Virus record (IMG/VR): IMGVR_UViG_3300028887_000067
Coordinates: 224,001 to 288,000 of that record
DNA length: 64,000 bases
Reading direction: 5' to 3' (one strand)
From: a virus
Taxonomy: Duplodnaviria > Caudoviricetes
Shown here: positions 29,112 through 38,128 of the stretch, one piece after another
How positions within the stretch are numbered: the stretch's first letter is position 1
Layout of the letters: each line of letters opens with the position of its first letter
Notes under the pieces: model-generated
Told to the model about the DNA's origin: nothing
What the model saw: only the letters and a program-made list of their open reading frames with translations
The model's database searches: none
Made by a program: the position numbers and the translations under genes

Positions 29112-29738
29112 ATGATTCAGAAAGATTCCTACGATTTCCTCGAAGTCACCGACTGGCAGGGCGACTTCAACGATGGTGCCCTCAAGAATGACGCCGCTAT
29201 CGCGAAGGAAGATGCAGTCATCGCCGAAATCGACAACTTCGAAGGCGATGTCCTAATTGCAACCCGCGATACCCATGACAAGGACACATACGGCGATTCC
29301 GTCGAAGGACAGAACCTCCCGATTCACTGCGTAAGGGGCACTCCCGGCTGGGAAATCACCCCCCGTGTACAGGAAGCTCTCGATCGGGCGAAGGCCGCCG
29401 GAAAGACGGTCAAGTATGTCGACAAGTCGACATTCGGTTTCCTCGGCTGGCCGAAGGTACTGTTCGATATCGACAGCACCGACCAGGAAGCCGTACACGC
29501 GCTTCTCCGTGGCAAGAAGATCCGCATCCGCATCATCGGTACCTGTTCCAACATCTGCAACATGAGCGCTGCCGTAATCCAACGCGCCTGGTTCCCGATG
29601 GCCGATATTGAATTTGTCGATGGCGCATCCGCACCTTCCGGCCTTACGTCTAAGGAAGTTGAGGATAACCAGAAAGCCGCGTTGACCATCGCGGCAAGTA
29701 TGCTCTGTAAGGTTGTCCCCACGGTCTACAAGGGTTAA
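29112..29738 (+). CDS. pncA: Nicotinamidase / isochorismatase-family cysteine hydrolase
   Basis: DWQGDF.DGAL, TRDTH, PIHC...T.GW, DKSTFG, GTCSNIC. Confidence 0.82.
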   Translation: MIQKDSYDFLEVTDWQGDFNDGALKNDAAIAKEDAVIAEIDNFEGDVLIATRDTHDKDTYGDSVEGQNLPIHCVRGTPGWEITPRVQEALDRAKAAGKTVKYVDKSTFGFLGWPKVLFDIDSTDQEAVHALLRGKKIRIRIIGTCSNICNMSAAVIQRAWFPMADIEFVDGASAPSGLTSKEVEDNQKAALTIAASMLCKVVPTVYKG

Positions 29739-29741
29739 GAT

Positions 29742-30545
29742 ATGCCGGGCAAAGACGTAGTTCAGTTTACGCAGATAAGCGACATCCACCTCGGCGGGGA
29801 TTACAAAGGATTTTTCCCCGTAGAGGAAAACTTCAAGCAGGTTCTCGACTGGGCGCCGGCGGACTCCTACCTCATTATCACGGGAGACCTTGCCGACAAC
29901 AACCACCGCGAACACTACGAGCGCATCAAGCGTGACGTCGAGGCTAAGTTCAATGACCGGTACTCGGTCTTGCCGGGAAACCACGACGACGTAAATGTAC
30001 TGAACGAAGTCTTTGCCGGCCATACGAGCTCCTTTGTATACAGGGGTGTCCCGGTGTCTCTAATCCCGACTATATGGGACGAGTCCGCAGGGAGCGAGTT
30101 CGGCGTAGGGATGGATTTCTTTGACGACTACGATATGTTGCCCGGTTCGATAGTGTTCACCCACTACCCCGTGTTCGACACGTCGCACAAGTTCATGAAC
30201 AAGCACGCGCTGTCCCAGCCAGGAAAGCAACGCATCCGTAACCTGATGGAAAAAACGAAGTCCTCCTTGCTGTTCTGTGGCCATTTTCACGATTGTTGCA
30301 AGTCAGAAATCACCAACACGGTAACTGAAACGCACGATATGGGTCATACCGAGGTCAGGAACGGGACTGAATTTGTCCAGTACATCTGTCCCGCGACGCA
30401 GTGCCAGATCGACCCGTTGTCGGATATGTTCGTATGTTCGAGCAAGAAACCGAACGGGTTTACCATAAACGTCTATGTCGACACGCCGACTCCGCAATCC
30501 GTTATACGCCGTTCCGATGTCGGCGTCCGTCGTTTCGTAATTTGA
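29742..30545 (+). CDS. CpdA/Icc-like metallophosphoesterase
   Basis: QISDIH, TGDL, PGNHD, THYP, CGHFH, CPATQCQ. Confidence 0.85.
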   Translation: MPGKDVVQFTQISDIHLGGDYKGFFPVEENFKQVLDWAPADSYLIITGDLADNNHREHYERIKRDVEAKFNDRYSVLPGNHDDVNVLNEVFAGHTSSFVYRGVPVSLIPTIWDESAGSEFGVGMDFFDDYDMLPGSIVFTHYPVFDTSHKFMNKHALSQPGKQRIRNLMEKTKSSLLFCGHFHDCCKSEITNTVTETHDMGHTEVRNGTEFVQYICPATQCQIDPLSDMFVCSSKKPNGFTINVYVDTPTPQSVIRRSDVGVRRFVI

Positions 30546-30550
30546 ACGCC

Positions 30551-31012
30551 ATGATGAATAATCCGCTTATCGAAAATGAAATCTATGAGCTTCCACGATA
30601 TCCCCATACGGAGGCCGTATTCATTGTTCCTAAAGACGGGATGTACGAGATAACCAAATTCAATACGTTTAGGCTAGAAAATGACCAAAAACCAGTCTTG
30701 GTCGACAGCCTCTACGACGCATGTTGTCTTGTAACAGAGTATCTAAATTTCATTGCGCGTGAATTTCTTCATCCGCATACCGAGTTGTACGACTATTCCG
30801 GAAAACAGGTGTACTTCATACGGAATGCGCAATATGCGCTGGTTCCTGACTTCAATAAGGATGGCGGATGGCGGGTGTTCGACTTTGTCGGGCTGAACAC
30901 GATTTCGTTCAATACATATACCGAAGCGAAGGACGCGCTAAATACGCTGATGAGTGTTGTCTCTCGGAAAGACGACGTGTTCGTCGCCGCTCCGGGATGT
31001 TCTTTGAAATGA
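30551..31012 (+). CDS. Hypothetical protein
   Basis: ORF in a co-directional run. Confidence 0.55.
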   Translation: MMNNPLIENEIYELPRYPHTEAVFIVPKDGMYEITKFNTFRLENDQKPVLVDSLYDACCLVTEYLNFIAREFLHPHTELYDYSGKQVYFIRNAQYALVPDFNKDGGWRVFDFVGLNTISFNTYTEAKDALNTLMSVVSRKDDVFVAAPGCSLK

Positions 31013-31022
31013 AGAGGATGCA

Positions 31023-31319
31023 ATGAGTAGCCCGCATGTATGTTCTAAGATTTCCTACGTGGTTATTAGCGCACAAGTCAAGGAGTTCCTCTGGTTCGGT
31101 ACAACCTATCACGGCGTCGGGCTCGACTCGCTGAGCGCATATTCTGACCTTATGACGTGCTTGACCGACTTCGACAAACGTCATGCCGATTACCGAATAA
31201 AGGTAATGTATATTGATACAGTGGGTAAGGCGAGAACCTTATGGCGTACTCGGCCGATGACGTTCGACTTTATTAAACGTCTTGCTACCGAAAACTGGAG
31301 CAAGAAGGACCACAATTGA
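31023..31319 (+). CDS. Hypothetical protein
   Basis: GAGG RBS. Confidence 0.55.
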   Translation: MSSPHVCSKISYVVISAQVKEFLWFGTTYHGVGLDSLSAYSDLMTCLTDFDKRHADYRIKVMYIDTVGKARTLWRTRPMTFDFIKRLATENWSKKDHN

Positions 31320-31675
31320 AATTCTCTCCGATAAAAGATGATTCCATTGGATTCAAGCACGTCAACGGTGTCTATTTCGCCGGCTCTCTGCAACAGAAGC
31401 TCTGTACCGACCTGGTCGACATATCCGAGGTCGACATCGATCTTTTCAAGGTATTGATAAATGGCGGCAACGGCATAAACGGTCTCTCCGTCGAGGTGGA
31501 AGGATTTGATGGAGACGCCGTTCTGTATGCGTGGAAATCCAACCGAGGCGTAGTAATGATTTGCAATCCCGGATTCGAGGCTTTGTGGTTCCGTGGATTC
31601 ATCGTCGACAAGTCCGACAAGGATGCAGTTGAATACGCGTCGAAATGTTTCGAGGAAAAGAGACAAATTTTGTAA
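31316..31675 (+). CDS. Hypothetical protein
   Basis: TTGA overlap, AAGGA RBS. Confidence 0.55.
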   Translation: MKFSPIKDDSIGFKHVNGVYFAGSLQQKLCTDLVDISEVDIDLFKVLINGGNGINGLSVEVEGFDGDAVLYAWKSNRGVVMICNPGFEALWFRGFIVDKSDKDAVEYASKCFEEKRQIL

Positions 31676-31730
31676 TTGCAAAAAGTTGTCATCAAAATTT
31701 TAATATGCTATATTTAGGCGCGAGGTTAGT

Positions 31731-32651
31731 ATGAGCTGGACAGACTTGACTAAAAGACTGAAGGACATTGGCATCCATACAGCAGCGGACGGCGTCGGAA
31801 ATTATGGGTTTTCGTATAACGGGTATCACCTCGGCGGATATACAGATGGCGACCCGTATGTCACGTTCGCTACCGACTGGAAACGCAACGACAATGACAA
31901 ATACTCGTTCGCATCCCCTGAATACATCATGTCCGTCGATACGAAGAAATACAAGTGCGCCGATTTCGACAAACTCTCGGACGACGAGGTAATCAACATT
32001 ATTACCGATTCGCTCAAGCTCTTGAAAGCGAAGTACCCGCAAGTCGACCGCATCCCGCAGACATTAAACGGCCCCATACGGTCGTCCCGCTTCATCGTTT
32101 TCGAAGGCATCGACAATTCCGGTAAGACGACCGTGTCCAAGCGGGTCGCCGAAATGATGCCGTGGTTCACTTGGACGAAGGAGCCGGCTTTCTCTACCGA
32201 GGAGGCCGACCGGCTGAATTCCGACGAGTTCAAGGGCAAGGACGCCAAACGCGAGGTGTTCTTCCTCGAATCCCGATTGAAGCAGCAGTTGCTGTACAGA
32301 TCCTCTCCCTGTCTGCTAGACAGGTATCTATGGACTGGCATCGCCTACGTGAAGGCGTTCTCCCCGTCGATATACGAATTCTGCGCCGAGCTGTACACCA
32401 ACCATAACATTTTCATGAAGCCCGACCTCGTGTTCTTCATGGAAACCTCGATCGATAAATGTTACGACCGGGAACCGAAACTGAAGAAAGAGCCCGGACG
32501 CCTCGAACGTATCCGCCGGGCATACAGCGACACCGAGAATCTCGTTTCTTCCCCCATTGTCTACATCGATGGCAACATGGGAATCGAGGAATGTGCGAAA
32601 TTCTGCGCCGACGAGATAGTCAGGCGCTTTCCCGACCAGGAAATTTTCTAA
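31731..32651 (+). CDS. tmk: Thymidylate kinase with an N-terminal extra domain of about 115 aa
   Basis: FIVFEGIDNSGKTT, TKEP, LLDRY, KPDLVFF. Confidence 0.85.
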   Translation: MSWTDLTKRLKDIGIHTAADGVGNYGFSYNGYHLGGYTDGDPYVTFATDWKRNDNDKYSFASPEYIMSVDTKKYKCADFDKLSDDEVINIITDSLKLLKAKYPQVDRIPQTLNGPIRSSRFIVFEGIDNSGKTTVSKRVAEMMPWFTWTKEPAFSTEEADRLNSDEFKGKDAKREVFFLESRLKQQLLYRSSPCLLDRYLWTGIAYVKAFSPSIYEFCAELYTNHNIFMKPDLVFFMETSIDKCYDREPKLKKEPGRLERIRRAYSDTENLVSSPIVYIDGNMGIEECAKFCADEIVRRFPDQEIF

Positions 32652-32689
32652 ATTAACCTACAACAACCACAAACAAAAGGACGTCTAAC

Positions 32690-33016
32690 ATGAAAAAGAC
32701 TGATCTGATTACCAATTCCACCCCTTCCGCTTGCGGTTGCGGTGCAAGCTGCAAGGCTTCCTGCGCCTGCAAGTGCCACGCAGCCAGCAAGGTTGCCAAG
32801 CTCGCCGACGCTAAGAAGGCCGCCGCTTCCAACCTCAAGACGCTCCGTGACGCCGCCAAGGCCTCTGCAAAGAGCCACAGCGCCGTCGCCAAGAGCTTCA
32901 AGGAAAGCCAGAAGGGTCTCAACAAGGCCAACAAGGCCGTTGCCAAGGCCAAGGCCGTCTACGAGCAGGCATCCCGCCGTCTCGCCGAAGCCAAGGCAAA
33001 CCTCAAGACTAAGTAA
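32690..33016 (+). CDS. Lys/Ala-rich histone-H1-like protein with N-terminal Cys cluster
   Basis: CGCGASCKASCACKCH followed by a K/A-rich helix; terminator follows. Confidence 0.7.
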   Translation: MKKTDLITNSTPSACGCGASCKASCACKCHAASKVAKLADAKKAAASNLKTLRDAAKASAKSHSAVAKSFKESQKGLNKANKAVAKAKAVYEQASRRLAEAKANLKTK

Positions 33017-33032
33017 TCCTCCAGTTGATGGG

Positions 33033-33062
33033 AGGGGCGGCCTCACGGCCGCCCTTTCTTGT
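33033..33062 (+). terminator. Intrinsic terminator
   Basis: GGGCGGCC-tcac-GGCCGCCC plus TTTCTT. Confidence 0.8.
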
Positions 33063-33064
33063 TT

Positions 33065-33454
33065 CTAAGCCATCTTTCCGTGGCACATGAAGAACGCCTC
33101 GGTAAGCACCTTCCTCAATTTCAGGTCAACTTGCATCACGGATTCCTGGAACGCGCCGGGGGGCAACTGCTCGTAAGACCACGAACCGGACATATCGTCC
33201 TTGATGTGCTCGGATACGGTTTCCAATCCAGCAGTCACGGTATCGCCCATCCGGTTGGACTTGTATACGAATCGTTGCTCGCCGTCCTGAACGTCTCCGT
33301 ACCCGACCTCCCCGAAAACCTCGTCATACGGGTCGATCAGCTCGACCGTGTCCCCCTTGTCGCGGGTACGCAGGCCGGTGCCCTTCACCATCGCGTTCAC
33401 CGCGTCGTGCAGGGCGGAACTAAGCTTGACGTTGACGATTTCGGGACGTGGCAT
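33065..33454 (-). CDS. Hypothetical protein
   Basis: GGAG RBS, ATAAACT upstream. Confidence 0.6.
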   Translation of the reverse strand: MPRPEIVNVKLSSALHDAVNAMVKGTGLRTRDKGDTVELIDPYDEVFGEVGYGDVQDGEQRFVYKSNRMGDTVTAGLETVSEHIKDDMSGSWSYEQLPPGAFQESVMQVDLKLRKVLTEAFFMCHGKMA

Positions 33455-33512
33455 GTTGTTTCTCCGTTGATTCAGATGTAGTTTATCGTCGGGAGGCATA
33501 AACTTACCTCAT

Positions 33513-33977
33513 ATGAGCAAGATTGACGAAAAACATCCCATCGTGGAAGGCCTTGACGCGCCGAACTGCCTTTCGTTCGGCCGTGGATACGGGGAGACCG
33601 CTTCCCCGTTCGGCGTGGACGCCACCACGAGGTACAACTCGTTCGTCACGCGCACCGACCCGTACACTGGCCGTACGAACCCGGTTCTCGCCAGGGTTGC
33701 CGGATTCGAGGCGAACAACGCGGGAAAGTACAGGCCCGACCCAAATCCAGAACTTGACGAGTTCGTCGATACACTTTTCCTCGACGACATGGGCCCCGAG
33801 GGCAGCTTCATCAACGGCGAGAACACGTACAAGGTGATAGAGAGCATCCCGTCACGCGAAGTCGCTTCCGCCCCGCAGATGCCGGCTCCGAAGAAAGTCG
33901 ACGACGTAAATGAAAAGGAAGCCATCGACGACGGCTTCCTGGACTTCGCTTCAATGTTCGGTTCGGCTAGAAATTGA
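33513..33977 (+). CDS. Hypothetical protein
   Basis: ATAAACT immediately upstream. Confidence 0.6.
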   Translation: MSKIDEKHPIVEGLDAPNCLSFGRGYGETASPFGVDATTRYNSFVTRTDPYTGRTNPVLARVAGFEANNAGKYRPDPNPELDEFVDTLFLDDMGPEGSFINGENTYKVIESIPSREVASAPQMPAPKKVDDVNEKEAIDDGFLDFASMFGSARN

Positions 33978-34320
33978 CGCCGCAGTCGGAATTGTTGAAC
34001 TCGCGGTTGATAAAATCCATCCCCTCGGAATTGCTGGTGTTGCCGCGTTCCTCGTCCCACGGTAGACAGCGCGGGCCGTTGTTGGACACGGTTCCCGGTT
34101 CCATCACGTACCCGTTAGCTATCATGTCGTAGCGTCCGTCGGCGTATCGCACGGCGGTCATCTCGTGGTCCGTGGTCGGGGCCGCCTCGACTATTTTCAA
34201 TGTCCCGAAATGCGGTTCCGGGCGAGGAGGGGGGCACGCCATCCCCGGATAGTGGGACGGGTGCCTGAGGTCCGGATGTTCCGGACCTGGGCCAAAGAAC
34301 GGGTTGAACGGCGGTTTCAT
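33967..34320 (-). CDS. Pro-rich hypothetical protein
   Basis: GGAGG RBS, third gene of an operon. Confidence 0.6.
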   Translation of the reverse strand: MKPPFNPFFGPGPEHPDLRHPSHYPGMACPPPRPEPHFGTLKIVEAAPTTDHEMTAVRYADGRYDMIANGYVMEPGTVSNNGPRCLPWDEERGNTSNSEGMDFINREFNNSDCGVNF

Positions 34321-34323
34321 AGA

Positions 34324-34704
34324 TTACCTCCCGTAACACCTGAACGGGATGCACCCGTTGGGCGGATAGGCCATGTAGAAAGGCATATACGGGCCGTACG
34401 CGTGATGGGGCATGGGCGGGCGCCACGGGCCACCGCAACGGCCGCACGGATTCGGGTACTGTATCGATGGTACGTACTCCCAAGGACCCTTCTGCGGGGC
34501 AGGGAACGAGCAACAGCTGAAGTCGGGCACGGGCGGCTGGTTCGGGATAAACAGGACGGGACCGCAGGGGGCGCAACTCCTGGTGAAGAAGGCCGGCGAC
34601 TGGCCGATGTGCGGATGTACGCAACAACCCCCGTAATTCGGCGGGGGTACCGGCGTCGGGCGCGGCATAGGCTGTACGTAGTTTCTCTGGCAGGCGCAGC
34701 TCAT
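34324..34704 (-). CDS. Cys/Pro-rich low-complexity protein
   Basis: GGAGG RBS; 126 aa dominated by P, C, Y, G. Confidence 0.6.
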   Translation of the reverse strand: MSCACQRNYVQPMPRPTPVPPPNYGGCCVHPHIGQSPAFFTRSCAPCGPVLFIPNQPPVPDFSCCSFPAPQKGPWEYVPSIQYPNPCGRCGGPWRPPMPHHAYGPYMPFYMAYPPNGCIPFRCYGR

Positions 34705-34707
34705 AGG

Positions 34708-35211
34708 CTACCTCCCGGACATTGACGTCCTTCTGCTAATGGTTCGGCGGGACTTCCTGGCCGGAGCGTTGGGCATCCGGAGAACCTGCGTGTGTATCTC
34801 GTGTATGTAGGAATTGCCGCCCAAGTCGGAATAGACCTTGTACATCTTCTCGAAATTCTCCCGGTCGTAGTCGCCGATGTAACCCTTCTCGATCGCGTTG
34901 TTGTAGATTGCGGTGAGGTCGTTGCGCGTTGACGCTATTGTCGCTTCCTTCATTAGCGCCTGTTCTTTCCGGTCGTTGTCGAACTTGACTTCGAGGTCCT
35001 GTTTCAGGACGGTCACGAAGTTGTTGATGTTGGCGACGTCGGCCTCGATCTTGGTGACACGGGTGTTGAAGTCAACGGACTTGTTTAGACGTTGAACCAC
35101 CCATCTGCGCAGAGGACTTACAAAGCCCACGACGGCGGCGGATAACGATGTCATCGCAATGATAAGGCCCGAAACAAGTTGGATATAATCGGTCAGCGTA
35201 CTAAGTTCCAT
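34708..35211 (-). CDS. Holin-like membrane protein
   Basis: N-terminal TM, coiled coil, Y..Y.DLGGNSY motif typical of a phage lysis-region family. Confidence 0.55.
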   Translation of the reverse strand: MELSTLTDYIQLVSGLIIAMTSLSAAVVGFVSPLRRWVVQRLNKSVDFNTRVTKIEADVANINNFVTVLKQDLEVKFDNDRKEQALMKEATIASTRNDLTAIYNNAIEKGYIGDYDRENFEKMYKVYSDLGGNSYIHEIHTQVLRMPNAPARKSRRTISRRTSMSGR

Positions 35212-35269
35212 GTTCAGCGATTCCTATGTTACACCAGTTAAGTTTATAGCAGGCGGGACCCATTTCCCA

Positions 35270-35298
35270 TTGACAAACGGGGGTCTGAAAACTATATT
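35270..35298 (+). promoter_or_regulatory. Sigma70-type promoter
   Basis: TTGACA-17 nt-TATATT. Confidence 0.8.
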
Positions 35299-35335
35299 TT
35301 TATTATTATTTTTCATCCACCAACAGAGGTCAATT

Positions 35336-35809
35336 ATGGTATACATCGAACAGCACATGGACATCCGCAACTTTATCGACGGGGACGACGTAGTGGTCGC
35401 CCACTGCATAGCTGCTGACCTCAACTGGGGAAGCGGTGTCGCCCCGATAATCAACCGGGAAATGTTCGACGCGGAGGACGCCTGCCGTTACCGCTGTTCC
35501 ACGAACGCCATCGGGGTGCCGACCCCACTGCGCGTGGGCGAGTGCCTGCCGGTCAAGACGTACAAGCATCACGCAACGCTCGTCAACCTCATCACCAAGC
35601 TCCGTTCCCAGTACAAGCCGACTTACGAGAGCCTCACCGAGTCACTGGTGTCCCTCCGCTCGTACATGCAGGTGAACGGCAAGAACATCCTCTATATGCC
35701 CAAGATCGGTTGCGGTATCGACATGCTCCACTGGGACGTAGTGAGCAACATCATCAAGGGCGTGTTCAACGGAACCGATGTCAAGATAACCATCGCCATC
35801 AAGGACTAA
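35336..35809 (+). CDS. Macrodomain protein, Poa1p/TARG1/DarG-like
   Basis: AHCIAAD..WGSGVA, VNLITK, KPTYESL, MPKIGCG.D.L.W. Confidence 0.88.
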   Translation: MVYIEQHMDIRNFIDGDDVVVAHCIAADLNWGSGVAPIINREMFDAEDACRYRCSTNAIGVPTPLRVGECLPVKTYKHHATLVNLITKLRSQYKPTYESLTESLVSLRSYMQVNGKNILYMPKIGCGIDMLHWDVVSNIIKGVFNGTDVKITIAIKD

Positions 35810-35811
35810 CC

Positions 35812-36861
35812 ATGAAATATCCAGCAATTATAAACCGCCTACACGAACGCGTACGCAAGATTGTCGCCTCGGTCATCCCGAATAAGGCCAAGGACGACGA
35901 CACGAAGTCGAACAACGAGCTTCCGCAAGATCTACACTCGAGGATGAAGCGGTACGAGTCTTACTTCACGGGCAAGCAGACCAAGGATATCCTTCCAAAC
36001 TTCCCGCATCGGAACGCGGTCGTCATACCCGCAGGCTGGCCCATTGGGCTCGACGGCTATACCACGATCCCCGAAGGGTTCTACCCCGTAATCCGTGTCG
36101 ACGGGCACAAGTTCAGCACATTCACGAAACAGTTCGACAAGCCTTTCGACAAACGCGTCACAGATGCGATGATCGCCGCCACCAAGGCCATCGTTGACAA
36201 TTTCCAGGGCATCATCGGCTATACCCAGTCCGACGAGATCACCCTCGTCCTTCCCAAGCATTCTGAGATGTTCGGGCGCCAGTGCCAGAAACTCGCGTCA
36301 CTCGCCGCCTCGTGCGCTGCGGTGCATTTCTACGACTCCCTCATCAAGTCCGGCTACGGGGCGGGAAAGTCCGTCGTGAAGATGCCGGAGTTTGACGGTC
36401 GCACGTTCGGCATTCCCGACGACTCCGAACTCGCCAATATGTTCGTATGGCGCGAACGCGACGCTATCCGTAACTCTATCAGCGCCGTCGCCCGCCGTTT
36501 TTTCAGCGACAAGTCCCTGCTCGGTATCAACAGCACAGAGAAGCTTGCCAAGCTCTCTGAAAAAGGTGTCGACTTCTGGAATATGTACCCGCCGTGCTGC
36601 ACCAGGGGAGCGTACTTCAAGCGCGTCGAGATCGACCGCAATTTCAATGTGGAAGACCTCGAGAAACTACCCCCGAAGCACCACGCCCGTACCAACCCGG
36701 AAGAGTTCTTCGCCCGTCACCCGACCTGCACCGTCGTGCAGGAGATGAAGTTCCCGGTGATATCCACGATTGCCAACCTTCCGGACGTCCTTATCAACAA
36801 CGCCACGCCCGTACGGAAGGATGAGGCCGGCAACCCGCTTAAATCGGTAGACGAGGCGTAA
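35812..36861 (+). CDS. thg1: tRNA(His) guanylyltransferase / Thg1-like 3'-5' polymerase
   Basis: RMKRYE, IRVDGHKFSTFT, YTQSDEI, FDGR, WRERDAIRNS. Confidence 0.92.
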   Translation: MKYPAIINRLHERVRKIVASVIPNKAKDDDTKSNNELPQDLHSRMKRYESYFTGKQTKDILPNFPHRNAVVIPAGWPIGLDGYTTIPEGFYPVIRVDGHKFSTFTKQFDKPFDKRVTDAMIAATKAIVDNFQGIIGYTQSDEITLVLPKHSEMFGRQCQKLASLAASCAAVHFYDSLIKSGYGAGKSVVKMPEFDGRTFGIPDDSELANMFVWRERDAIRNSISAVARRFFSDKSLLGINSTEKLAKLSEKGVDFWNMYPPCCTRGAYFKRVEIDRNFNVEDLEKLPPKHHARTNPEEFFARHPTCTVVQEMKFPVISTIANLPDVLINNATPVRKDEAGNPLKSVDEA

Positions 36862-36862
36862 C

Positions 36863-37291
36863 ATGGGCCTTATCGGGAACATCATCGGCAGCGTGCTTAC
36901 CGACATGGCGACGAAGGCCGTCGGCAAGGTCATCGCCAAGGTAATCGGCCTACGCAAGGGTGACGGCATCGACATCAACGGGACGAAGGTCAAGGCCGAC
37001 GGCGGGGACCTCAAGGTTGACGAGCACGGAGTTCATGTCGACGGCAAAACCTACGCCGTCAAGGACAGAATAGTCAACATTTCCGTGTACGGAAACCCCG
37101 GACACGTGTCGACGGCGAGCGGACGCGTCAGCGTATCGGGATCGTCCGGCTCCGTCACGACGACGTCAGGAGACATCAGCGTGGGCGGCAACGTCACGGG
37201 AAACACGCAGAGCGTATCTGGAGACATCGACATCTCGGGTCGCGTAGGCGGTAACGTGTCGTCCGTGAGCGGCGACATCGATATAGGATAG
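36863..37291 (+). CDS. DUF4097-like beta-repeat protein
   Basis: Repeated V.(T/S).SGD(I/V). Confidence 0.7.
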   Translation: MGLIGNIIGSVLTDMATKAVGKVIAKVIGLRKGDGIDINGTKVKADGGDLKVDEHGVHVDGKTYAVKDRIVNISVYGNPGHVSTASGRVSVSGSSGSVTTTSGDISVGGNVTGNTQSVSGDIDISGRVGGNVSSVSGDIDIG

Positions 37292-37294
37292 TAG

Positions 37295-38128
37295 ATGCTC
37301 ACATATTTCATTTCGGACATCCACGCGGACGCGTGGCTCCCCCTGACGAAGAACGAATCCGTCCTCCGTCCGGAACTGGAGCGGATGTACGACCGCTATT
37401 TCCACCCCGCCGACGCCGTGTCGCTGTCGGGCGACATAGCCGACGACTCGACCCTATTCCTGTCCGTGGTGAAATTCCTCGCGGAGAAATATTCCCGCGT
37501 CTTCCTCACGCTCGGCAACCACGAGCTCGCCGTGAGCGACAAGTTCGTCATCGACGATGCGTTCGACGACACCGAGTCCAAAATCGCGTTCCTGAAGGAA
37601 CACCTATCGGATATCGGCAACGTCCACCTGCTCGACGGTGACGTCGTCGAAGGGTTCGGCGGTACGATGGGGATGTGCGACTTCAGCTTCCAGGTCGAAG
37701 ATGGGCGTCCGTACGACTCGGTGGCAATGTGGAGTCGCGCATACCACGACGGCAGGTGCTGGAAGTACATGAACCAGGACCCACTCGCCATCCTGAAATC
37801 GGAACGCGAGAAGCTTTCCGGAATAGTGGAACTGGCGCCGAAGGTCGTTCTGACCCATTTCTTCCCTGTACAGATGGGTGTGCGTGGCAGCTTCGCGGAG
37901 GACGAGAAGACGGCGTTCTATTGTTTCGACGCGAGTGAATATCTGGAATCCCTGCCCGAGTCCACTATATGGCAGTGCGGACATACGCACAACATAGTCG
38001 ACACTACATGGGTGGATAAAAATAACAAGGGGCATCGCATCATCTGCAATCCCCTTGGCCTTCCGTCCGAGAACAACGGATTCAACTTCTTCTACGACGA
38101 GAAGACGTTTCTTATCAACATTTGTTAG
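37295..38128 (+). CDS. Calcineurin-like metallophosphoesterase
   Basis: ISDIH, SGDI, LGNHE, LTHF, CGHTH, CNPLG. Confidence 0.88.
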   Translation: MLTYFISDIHADAWLPLTKNESVLRPELERMYDRYFHPADAVSLSGDIADDSTLFLSVVKFLAEKYSRVFLTLGNHELAVSDKFVIDDAFDDTESKIAFLKEHLSDIGNVHLLDGDVVEGFGGTMGMCDFSFQVEDGRPYDSVAMWSRAYHDGRCWKYMNQDPLAILKSEREKLSGIVELAPKVVLTHFFPVQMGVRGSFAEDEKTAFYCFDASEYLESLPESTIWQCGHTHNIVDTTWVDKNNKGHRIICNPLGLPSENNGFNFFYDEKTFLINIC

